Shown here: piece after piece, positions 7,143 to 13,993 of the stretch | How the letters are laid out: every line of letters starts with the position of its first letter | How positions within the stretch are numbered: position 1 is the first letter of the stretch | NCBI GenBank assembly: GCA_964449475.1 | Contig: CAYUZD010000025.1 | Location: 3,672 to 17,735 of the forward strand | Direction of reading: 5' to 3' | Origin: an uncultured Nitrospirales bacterium | GTDB lineage: Bacteria; Hydrogenedentota; Hydrogenedentia; Hydrogenedentales; GCA-2746185 | DNA: 14,064 nt | Made by a program: the position numbers and the translations under genes | The notes under the pieces: model-generated | The model's input: the letters and a program-made list of their open reading frames with translations, nothing else | What the model was told of the DNA's origin: nothing | The model's database searches: none

Positions 7143-9191
7143 TTACTGCTGCGGCGTCGCGGGCGCTTCCTCGGCGGGAGCGGTTTCGACCGGCGCGGCC
7201 TCGACAGGCGCAGATTCCACCGGCGCGCCCTCGGTCGCTTCCGGAATGATCACCGGCGTATCAACCGCCTGCTCCGCGTCCTCGGCCTGTTGCTCCGCGG
7301 CCGGTGCGGGCGCTGCGGGGAGCGGCGACGCCGGAGTGGTTGCCGCGGCGTCCTTCAGCCCGAGAATCTCGAACACCAGGTCGTAATCCTTCTGGATCTG
7401 CGCGGCGTCGTTCGCCTCCGCGACAAGGTATTGCATGTAGTCCATCCGCCGCTGGAGCTGACGCGTCGCGAGCAGTTGCTGCTTGATCTCCGCCTTCTCC
7501 GTCTCGAACTGCGCGTCCCACGTCTCGCCTTCGGGCACGGTCTTCTCGACAAGTTCGATGAACTGCGGCACGCGCAGCATGTCCACATACGGTCCGGTGA
7601 AGCTGCCCACGTCCTCGCCGATCAGCCGGCCGAACACCTGCCGCGTGTCGATGAACAGCCCCTGGCTGAACAGCATGTCGTCCATGCCGAACGGCGTCGT
7701 TTCTTTCACCGTAAGCGGCAATTCGGGGAACTTCGCCTGCACGTCCGCGACGCTCGTCGCTTCCTCGGAAATCCGCTTCACGTAGTTCGACACGCGTTCC
7801 TGGTACTCAGGCGTCGCCTTGTGGTCGCGCTCTGCCGCCGTCACCACGTCCGCGCGCGCCTCGTCGAACGTCCGCTGCACCGGCGGATGCAATTCGGCCA
7901 CCTGTGCGATGAACAGGTTTTCGCCGCCCTCGATCACCTGCGAGAGCTGGTCCACCGCCAACTCCGACACGTCCCGCCGGAACTGGAACGAATCCGCCTC
8001 TGAAATCCCCTCGATGGTCTCCGTCCGCGCGGAGAACCGCCCGGTCCGCTTCACCTCGAGACCCGCGTCCGCCGCCGCGACGTGCAGCCCGGCGTTGCCC
8101 GCGGCCGCCGCCGCCCGCAGCGCGTCCGCCTGCGCCTTGCGCGCGGCCTTCTCCGTCTCATCCAGCACGGGCCGCAGCAGAATCTGCCGCGCATGGGCCT
8201 CGCGATTGCCCTGCGCGTCCGTGCGGACCTCTTCCACCTTGTAAATGTGCAGCCCGAGCACGCTGCGCACCGGCCCGCGCACTTCGCCTGGCTGCATCTC
8301 GAACAGTACCTTCTCGTGCTCGCGCAACCCCGCCGACTCGTTGATCCAGCCCAGGTCGCCGCCGCTGTCCGCGTCGAACGACTCCGAATGCGCCTTCGCC
8401 AGTTCCCCGAAGTCCTCGCCCGCGTTCGCCTTCGCGATGATCTCGTCCACCAGCGGCGGCACCGGCGGCAGAATCGACACCGCGATGTATTCCGCCACGC
8501 GCTCGTCCGGCGTCATGAACTGGTCGAGATTCGCATCGTAGAACGCGCGCAGCTCTTCGTCGGTCAGCGGAACAGTCGGTTCGACGCCGATCGCCTTGAC
8601 CTTCAGCTTCGTGTTCCGATCGTTGAAGAAGTCGCGGATTTCCGCCTGCGTCACGCGCGCCGACGCGCCGATCAGATACAAATACGTGTCGTTGTTGATC
8701 TGGTCCGCCATGCTGCTGAAAAACGCGTCCCAGTTGAATTTCGACGTCGTCGCGTTCTGCACCCACTGGTTGTACAGGCTCGCGTCGAACTCGCCCTGCT
8801 CGTTCTGGAAATACGGGTCTTCCTTCAGCCGCTCGTGCAGGAAATCGTCGTCCGGCCGCACCGGCTGGTCCTTCGTCTGCTCCTTCACCAGCGCCTGGTT
8901 CACCAGGCTGTCCAGGATCGCGTCCACGGTCCCGTCGCTCACCAGGTCCTGCGCCGTCGCCGGCTGGCCGTACCGTTGCCGCTCGTCCTGCGCCTGCAGG
9001 AACCGCTGGTAGAACTCCTCCGCCGTTACCGGCGTCGAGCCCGCCTGCGCCACCGTCACTCCGGTCCCCGGCGCCGAACCGAACGTGAATTGCGCCGCGC
9101 CGGGGATGAAGAACACCATCGGCAGACCAATGAACAGGAAAATGAGAAGTCCGCCGAGACGCTTGTGGCGGTTCACGCGATCGAAAAGCAC
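7143..9191 (-). CDS. ppiD: Membrane-anchored periplasmic chaperone / peptidyl-prolyl cis-trans isomerase, PpiD-like (SurA-type with parvulin domain), with a Pro/Ala/Glu-rich C-terminal extension
   Basis: The GTG start at 9191 has AGGAG 8 nt upstream. There is an N-terminal TM helix (RLGGLLIFLFIGLPMVFFIP) and a parvulin signature (DFGELAKAHSESFDADSGGDLGWI). The 682-aa length fits PpiD. The C-terminal (APVEx)n repeats are encoded by 15-nt tandem units at 7150-7230. Confidence 0.75.
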   Translation of the reverse strand: MLFDRVNRHKRLGGLLIFLFIGLPMVFFIPGAAQFTFGSAPGTGVTVAQAGSTPVTAEEFYQRFLQAQDERQRYGQPATAQDLVSDGTVDAILDSLVNQALVKEQTKDQPVRPDDDFLHERLKEDPYFQNEQGEFDASLYNQWVQNATTSKFNWDAFFSSMADQINNDTYLYLIGASARVTQAEIRDFFNDRNTKLKVKAIGVEPTVPLTDEELRAFYDANLDQFMTPDERVAEYIAVSILPPVPPLVDEIIAKANAGEDFGELAKAHSESFDADSGGDLGWINESAGLREHEKVLFEMQPGEVRGPVRSVLGLHIYKVEEVRTDAQGNREAHARQILLRPVLDETEKAARKAQADALRAAAAAGNAGLHVAAADAGLEVKRTGRFSARTETIEGISEADSFQFRRDVSELAVDQLSQVIEGGENLFIAQVAELHPPVQRTFDEARADVVTAAERDHKATPEYQERVSNYVKRISEEATSVADVQAKFPELPLTVKETTPFGMDDMLFSQGLFIDTRQVFGRLIGEDVGSFTGPYVDMLRVPQFIELVEKTVPEGETWDAQFETEKAEIKQQLLATRQLQRRMDYMQYLVAEANDAAQIQKDYDLVFEILGLKDAAATTPASPLPAAPAPAAEQQAEDAEQAVDTPVIIPEATEGAPVESAPVEAAPVETAPAEEAPATPQQ

Positions 9192-9333
9192 GGGGAACGC
9201 TCCTCAGGATGCTCGCTTCGGCAGACCCGACAGGTCGAGAGACGCCATCGCGCCCTCAAACCGCAGAGGGTAACATACGCGCGAAAAACCCTTCAAAGAT
9301 CGCGGGTTGCACGCGATCCGCACGCAGCACGCG

Positions 9334-9362
9334 TTGATCCGCCGCCAAACACGCCGTATAAT
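9334..9362 (+). promoter_or_regulatory. Near-consensus sigma70 promoter for tRNA-Ala (TTGATC-N17-TATAAT)
   Basis: TTGATC is at 9334-9339 and a perfect TATAAT at 9357-9362, with an exact 17-nt spacer. The predicted TSS is about 9369, giving a leader of about 25 nt before the mature tRNA 5' end at 9395. Confidence 0.6.
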
Positions 9363-9394
9363 CCCGCTTTGCGCCCGCAGACCCGCGATCGCAT

Positions 9395-9470
9395 GGGGGT
9401 ATAGCTCAGTTGGGAGAGCGCCTCGCTGGCAGCGAGGAGGCCAGGGGTTCGACTCCCCTTACCTCCACCA
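9395..9470 (+). tRNA. tRNA-Ala, anticodon GGC, 76 nt with genomically encoded CCA
   Basis: Manually folded. The acceptor stem GGGGGTA/TACCTCC includes the G3:U70 wobble pair, which is the alanine identity element. D-arm GCTC-AGTTGGGA-GAGC. Anticodon stem CCTCG/CGAGG with loop CTGGCAG (anticodon GGC). Variable loop AGGCC. T-arm AGGGG-TTCGACT-CCCCT. Discriminator A plus CCA. Confidence 0.9.
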
Positions 9471-9489
9471 TTTCGATTCCAGGGCGTGG

Positions 9490-9519
9490 CAGGCTTAAGC
9501 GAAGTCCAGCTTAAGCCTG
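9490..9519. terminator. Bidirectional stem-loop (11-bp stem CAGGCTTAAGC / GCTTAAGCCTG, 8-nt loop GAAGTCCA), downstream of tRNA-Ala and of the convergent flotillin gene
   Basis: A perfect inverted repeat read from the sequence. It is followed on the + strand by TGTTGTGCTTC. It lies in the 73-nt gap between the tRNA 3' end (9470) and the flotillin stop (9544). Confidence 0.55.
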
Positions 9520-9543
9520 TTGTGCTTCAGAGCAAAGCCTCCA

Positions 9544-11208
9544 TCACGCCGCAGGCGCAACGTTTCCGTCGCCGCTCGCCGTCGACTTCGTATCGTCCAC
9601 CATCCGGATGATCGATTCGGGGAACTCGACGCCGCCCACGTCCTTCATCACCTGCATCATCGGCGGCAGGGTGTTCGCGAGGTTGTTCAGGAAGCCCGCG
9701 GCCGATCCCTTGCCATTCTCGCCGCCGTTCTCCCACACGATGACCTTGTCGAACTTGATGTTCGAGATCGCCTGCGCCGACGTGTGCGCCAGCGTGTCGA
9801 GGTGCTCCAGCATCAACAGCCGGAACGCGGAATTCGCGTCGCCGCACGCCGCCACGATCGCCTTCAACCCGTCGGCCTTCTTCGCCAGAATCTCGTATTG
9901 GCCCTTCGCTTCCGCCTCGAGCTTGGCGAAAATCGCCGCCGCCTCGCCCTCGGCCTCGAGCCGCGTCTGCTGCGCCTTTGCCTCGGCCTCCACAATCGTC
10001 CGCGCCTTCTCGGCCTTGGCCTTCGCCTCGAGTTCCGCGCGGAACTCCGCTTCGACCAGTTCCGCCTCGGCCAGCGCCGCCTTTGCCAGTGCACGGTTCT
10101 TCGCCTCGAGCACGCTCGCCTTCGCGATCTCTTCCTTCGTCGCGCCCACCTGAAACGACTCGGCTTCCTTCACGCGCAGCGTCGCATTCGACACCGCGAT
10201 CGCCGCCTTGGACTCGTTCTCGCCCTCGATCGCGCGCGCGTTCGCCTCCGCGACGCGAATGCGCATCTGCTTCTCCGAATCCTTGACCTTGATGTCCTGG
10301 TCGAATGCGGCGGCCGCCTCGCCCACTTTCGCGGTCGCGTCCGCGTTCGCGACGGACACGCGCTTCTCGCGTTCCGCCTCCTTGACCTGCACCTCGCGCT
10401 GGAACGCCGCCTGCTGCTCGCCGACGACCTGTTCCTTCTCGAGTTCTGCCACGCGCACGGCCTGTTCGCGCTTCGCCTCGCGCGTGCCGATCTCCTGCAA
10501 CTTCGTGTTGTTCGCGACCTGCACCAGCTTGTCGCGGTCCGCCTCGGCCACGCGGATTTCGCCCTTCTTGAGCTCGTCCGCCACGTCGCCGCGCGCGCGC
10601 TGGATCGCCTCGGACGCCGCCTTCTTGCCGATGGCCTCGATGTATCCCGAGTCGTCCGTGATGTCCGTGATGTTGACGTTGATCAGCACCATGCCGATCT
10701 TCCGCAGTTCCGGCTCGAGGTTCGTCTGGATGTTGTGCAGGAACGCGTCGCGGTCGCGGTTGATGTCCTCGATCCGCATCGACGCGATCACCTGGCGCAA
10801 CTGCCCGAATATGATGTCTTCCGCCTGCTTCTTGATCGCGCCCGTGTCCAGCCCCAGGAGCCGGATCGCCGCGTTGTTCATCATGTCCGGCTCGGTCCCG
10901 ATCGCCACCGTGAACACGCTCGGCACGTTGACGCGGATGTTTTCCATGGACAGCGCGTCCTTGAGCGGGATCTCGATCTGGATCGGTTCGAGGCTGAGGT
11001 ACTCGTAGTCCTGGATCAGCGGAATCACGAACGCCGCGCCGCCGTGGATGCACCGCGATGACGTGCCCGACCCGACCTTGCCGTAGATCACGAGGATCCG
11101 GTTGCTCGGGCAGCGTTTGTACCGCCGGCTCGCCAGCACGAAGAACGAGAACAGGAACAGCGCCGCGACGGTGACCGTCACGACAATCCAGATGGTGGGT
11201 TCGCCCAT
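9544..11208 (-). CDS. floT: Flotillin family protein (SPFH/band-7 domain, YqiK/FloT-like), 554 aa
   Basis: N-terminal membrane anchor (IWIVVTVTVAALFLFSFFVLA). SPFH domain. A long Glu/Ala/Lys-rich coiled-coil (EA-repeat) region. A flotillin C-terminal region. ATG at 11208, 27 nt downstream of the nfeD stop, consistent with an operon. Confidence 0.85.
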   Translation of the reverse strand: MGEPTIWIVVTVTVAALFLFSFFVLASRRYKRCPSNRILVIYGKVGSGTSSRCIHGGAAFVIPLIQDYEYLSLEPIQIEIPLKDALSMENIRVNVPSVFTVAIGTEPDMMNNAAIRLLGLDTGAIKKQAEDIIFGQLRQVIASMRIEDINRDRDAFLHNIQTNLEPELRKIGMVLINVNITDITDDSGYIEAIGKKAASEAIQRARGDVADELKKGEIRVAEADRDKLVQVANNTKLQEIGTREAKREQAVRVAELEKEQVVGEQQAAFQREVQVKEAEREKRVSVANADATAKVGEAAAAFDQDIKVKDSEKQMRIRVAEANARAIEGENESKAAIAVSNATLRVKEAESFQVGATKEEIAKASVLEAKNRALAKAALAEAELVEAEFRAELEAKAKAEKARTIVEAEAKAQQTRLEAEGEAAAIFAKLEAEAKGQYEILAKKADGLKAIVAACGDANSAFRLLMLEHLDTLAHTSAQAISNIKFDKVIVWENGGENGKGSAAGFLNNLANTLPPMMQVMKDVGGVEFPESIIRMVDDTKSTASGDGNVAPAA

Positions 11209-11235
11209 GGTGTGCGGAATCCTTTCGCGCGGCGC

Positions 11236-11823
11236 CTAGTCCGCCGCGGTGCCGTCGTCCAGTGAAATCTCCAGCGTGTTCGGGTCGCTGATGCCCGTAA
11301 TCTTCACGCGACTACCCGTCTTGAGTTCGCCGGCACCCGTGATCGCCGGATACGTCATCGTCCGGCCCTGCACCGATACTTCGACCTTGCCCGTGCCCGA
11401 CCGGTGGCCCGGCACGGTCAGATAGACGGTGCCCGTCGCGCCCAGCGCGTTCTGGATCCGGACGTTGCCCTCCGACTTCATCTCGTGCAGCAGGCGCATC
11501 ATGGCGGCGACGCCCAGCATCGCGGCAAACCCCAGGCCGAACGCCCACAGCAGCGCGATGAAGTTGCCCAGGTCGAACGCCAGCGCCATGCGCCCACCCA
11601 ACCCGAAAAACGCCACGAACGCCGTAACCGATCGCAGCGACAGCACGCCGAAGAACCAGTTCGACATCCCGTGGTGATCGGCGAGTTCGTCGCCCATCTC
11701 CAGGTCGTCCCCGGCCTCCATGATCGGTTCGTTGTCGCTATCGAGCCCGAACAGCGTCATCGCGACCTGCACCAGCAGGACGACGATGCCCGCCACGGCA
11801 CACACGGTGTACACGGTGATCAT
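11236..11823 (-). CDS. nfeD: NfeD-family membrane protein (YqiJ/YuaF-like), partner of flotillin, 195 aa
   Basis: Hydrophobic N-terminal half with several TM helices and a C-terminal NfeD-type OB-fold beta-barrel (TGTVYLTVPGHRSGTGKVEVSVQGRTMTYPA...GSRVKITGISDPNTLEIS). It lies immediately upstream of flotillin on the same strand, the classical nfeD-floT/yqiJK arrangement. GGAG is 8 nt upstream of the ATG. Confidence 0.8.
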   Translation of the reverse strand: MITVYTVCAVAGIVVLLVQVAMTLFGLDSDNEPIMEAGDDLEMGDELADHHGMSNWFFGVLSLRSVTAFVAFFGLGGRMALAFDLGNFIALLWAFGLGFAAMLGVAAMMRLLHEMKSEGNVRIQNALGATGTVYLTVPGHRSGTGKVEVSVQGRTMTYPAITGAGELKTGSRVKITGISDPNTLEISLDDGTAAD

Positions 11824-12019
11824 GCTGTGGTCTCCGGCGCCGGCCGTGGAACTCCGGCCCGCGCCTCAGTGCCTCGTATCCATCCGATTACTACCGCGAA
11901 GTCTGGCCCGTATTCGCAGGGATGTCCCGCCGGAGATACACGACCCCCGATCGGTCGGCGATGGACCCCCGTGGAAATACGCGCCCTCCCCCGCACTACC
12001 CCCGCTTTCTGCGCCGGGT

Positions 12020-12460
12020 TCAGCCTCCCAGCGAGTCGTTCAGATACCCTTCCATCGACGCGAGCGAATCGTTCAACTCGAAGATCCGGTTCTCGAGCAA
12101 CTCACACAGCGCAATGAGGCCCGTGTACCGGCCCCACTTGTCCACCAACACCAGATGCCGGATGCGGTACTCGCGCATCAAGCGCAGGCACTCGTCCGTC
12201 GTCAGCGTGTCCGCCGCCGTCACGATGTCCGTCGACATCACGTCGCCCAGCAACGTAGCGTTCGGATCGCGATCGACCGCGACCACCTTGCCGAGCAGGT
12301 CCTTCTTGCTGAATACCCCGATCGCCCGCCGACGATCGTCGATCACCGCGATCGCCCCGGTGTCGAAGTCGATCATGTTGCGCACCGCGGCCTTGACGGT
12401 GTCGCCGGGCTTCATCGAGAGAGGGCGCGAGGTTTCGCGAGAGAGATGTGCGACTGCCAT
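12020..12460 (-). CDS. Small tandem CBS-domain protein (146 aa)
   Basis: The start is chosen at ATG 12460, which has a strong SD (GAAGGAGG) 8 nt upstream. The longer 12568 start would run through low-GC noncoding-looking sequence. Two CBS-like repeats are present (VIDDRRRAIGVFSKKDLL...; IRHLVLVDKWGRYTGLIA). Confidence 0.8.
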   Translation of the reverse strand: MAVAHLSRETSRPLSMKPGDTVKAAVRNMIDFDTGAIAVIDDRRRAIGVFSKKDLLGKVVAVDRDPNATLLGDVMSTDIVTAADTLTTDECLRLMREYRIRHLVLVDKWGRYTGLIALCELLENRIFELNDSLASMEGYLNDSLGG

Positions 12461-12732
12461 AGGTCGTTCCTCCTTCACAGCCATGATGAGAGGACTTACT
12501 TGGCCATCCGGGGCAGGATAACACAGGTTGCTACGATCCGAACGCCTCAATTCAAGATTTCGTTCCAAAATGGATTCGTCAACCTAAGGCATTGATACAA
12601 AATGGTTTACGTGCTACGGTCTGGTGCATTTCGGACCCGCGGATTCGATTGCGGTTCATTCACCTGCAATTTTGGTCCACCGCCCTGCGTTCTGACCCAT
12701 CGTCCCCAGGGCTGCTTTCCATTCCCATTCGT

Positions 12733-12751
12733 CCGCAGATATGATCTGCGG
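12733..12751. promoter_or_regulatory. Perfect palindrome CCGCAGAT-ATG-ATCTGCGG (8-bp arms, 3-nt spacer), a candidate operator or RNA hairpin in the OYE gene leader
   Basis: Read from the sequence. It lies 28 nt upstream of the OYE start codon and 13 nt upstream of its SD (GAGGAG, 12764-12769), within a low-GC divergent intergenic region. Confidence 0.4.
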
Positions 12752-12778
12752 CTTTCGAACCCGAGGAGTCTCCGCCGA

Positions 12779-13915
12779 ATGAGTTCCGCCGTCACCGCCG
12801 CCCAATCCGCCTCTACCCTCTTCAAGCCGTTCAAGTTCGGCAAGGTCACGCTGCCCAATCGCGTGGTCATGGCGCCGATGACGCGCAGCAAGTCGCCCGG
12901 CAACGTCCCCGGCGAAGACGTCGCGGCGTACTACCGCCGGCGTGCGGAAGGCGGTGTCGGTCTCATCGTCACCGAGGGCACTCCGCCCTGTCCCGCGGGT
13001 CACAGCTACCCCGACGTGCCCGCGTTCTACGGCGAGAAGGCGCTGCAAGGCTGGAAGCGCGTCGTGGACGCCGTGCACGGCGTGGGTGGATTCATCATCC
13101 CGCAGCTCTGGCACGTCGGCAGTTTTCGCCAACCCGGCATGGAGCCCGATCCGTCGCTGCCCGGCTACGGCCCGTCCGTCGTGCTCCATCCCGCGCTGGC
13201 CGGACAGGACGGCATGAAGCCTCCCGTCGCGATGACGCAGAAGAACATCGACGACGCCATCGCGGCCTTCGCCGCGGCCGCGGGCAACGCGAAGGCGCTC
13301 GGCTTCGACGGCGTCGAACTCCACGGCGCGCACAGCTACCTCATCGATCAGTTCTTCTGGTCCACGACAAACCAGCGCATGGACCAGTACGGCGGCACGC
13401 TCCCGCAACGCACGCGGTTCGCCGTCGAGCTCATCCGCGCGGTCCGCGCCGCAATCGGTCCGGATTTCCCGCTCGTCCTGCGGTTCTCGCAGTGGAAGCA
13501 GGGCGACTATTCGCACAAAATGGCGAAGACGCCCGATGAACTCGCTGCGTTCCTGCAACCGCTCACGGACGCGGGCGTCGATTACTTCCACTGCAGCACG
13601 CGCCGATTCAACGACCCCGAGTTCGACGGTTCCGATCTCAATCTCGCCGGGTGGACCAAGAAGCTCACCGGCAAACCCACGATCACCGTCGGCAGTGTCG
13701 GACTCGACAGCGACTTCCTGCGCACGTACGCCGGCAAGGACACGCACAAGGCTGGCATCGACGCGCTCCTCAAGCGGCTCGAACGTGAGGAGTTCGACCT
13801 CGTCGCCGTCGGACGCGCACTCCTCGCCGATGCCGCCTGGTCGAACAAGATTCACGCGGGCCGCGAGGCCGACATCATCGAGTTCCAGCGCGAGCATATG
13901 GCCGTACTGACGTGA
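12779..13915 (+). CDS. NADH:flavin oxidoreductase / alkene reductase, Old Yellow Enzyme family (378 aa)
   Basis: ATG at 12779 with GAGGAG upstream; codons in 12602-12778 are AT3-rich and atypical, so that stretch is leader rather than coding. OYE motifs are present: LPNRVVMAPMTRSKS, QLWHVGSFRQ, HGAHSYLIDQFFWSTTNQRMDQYGG. Confidence 0.85.
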   Translation: MSSAVTAAQSASTLFKPFKFGKVTLPNRVVMAPMTRSKSPGNVPGEDVAAYYRRRAEGGVGLIVTEGTPPCPAGHSYPDVPAFYGEKALQGWKRVVDAVHGVGGFIIPQLWHVGSFRQPGMEPDPSLPGYGPSVVLHPALAGQDGMKPPVAMTQKNIDDAIAAFAAAAGNAKALGFDGVELHGAHSYLIDQFFWSTTNQRMDQYGGTLPQRTRFAVELIRAVRAAIGPDFPLVLRFSQWKQGDYSHKMAKTPDELAAFLQPLTDAGVDYFHCSTRRFNDPEFDGSDLNLAGWTKKLTGKPTITVGSVGLDSDFLRTYAGKDTHKAGIDALLKRLEREEFDLVAVGRALLADAAWSNKIHAGREADIIEFQREHMAVLT

Positions 13916-13993
13916 TCCGCCGCGCCCCACATTGAAGGGATTGACGCGCTTCCCGTATCGTTTTAGCGCGAGGAGAGGGAAGGAGCAGTTGCC

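Noticed and set aside
7290-9404. 237-aa and 440-aa + strand ORFs (7290..8003, 8082..9404) opposite ppiD, and other shadows there (7819..8244, 8158..8766 -, 8596..9012 +)
   Set aside because: They are antisense to a well-supported PpiD gene, are Arg/Leu/His-rich with no motifs, and one runs into the tRNA promoter region.
9395-9544. tRNA-Ala as an attachment site of an integrated element carrying nfeD-floT
   Set aside because: I found no direct repeat of the tRNA 3' end elsewhere in the window and no integrase, excisionase or transposase. GC content and codon usage of the downstream genes match the rest of the window.
9520-11061. 513-aa + ORF and 508-aa minus-strand ORF in another frame over the flotillin gene
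   Set aside because: They translate to Arg/Gly/Asp-rich low-complexity sequence generated by the GAG/GCC-rich EA-repeat coding region of flotillin. The flotillin frame 9544..11208 has the SPFH domain and a membrane anchor.
11312-12595. ORFs 11404..12117 +, 11720..12595 +, 11922..12521 +, 12102..12524 - around nfeD and the CBS gene
   Set aside because: They are antisense or out-of-frame shadows that span real gene boundaries and the intergenic region. Their composition is low-complexity.
12602-12778. N-terminal extension of the OYE ORF (MVYVLRSGAFRT...), or a leader peptide
   Set aside because: Codon usage is AT3-rich (GTT, CTA, TCT, TTT, AAT, AGA, TAT), unlike all confident genes here. The ATG at 12779 has a proper SD and yields a canonical OYE N-terminus.
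12607-13930. 424-aa minus-strand ORF (12656..13930) antisense to the OYE gene, and 12607..12903 -
   Set aside because: This is a frame shadow of a strongly supported OYE gene, with Arg/Gly/Glu-rich composition.
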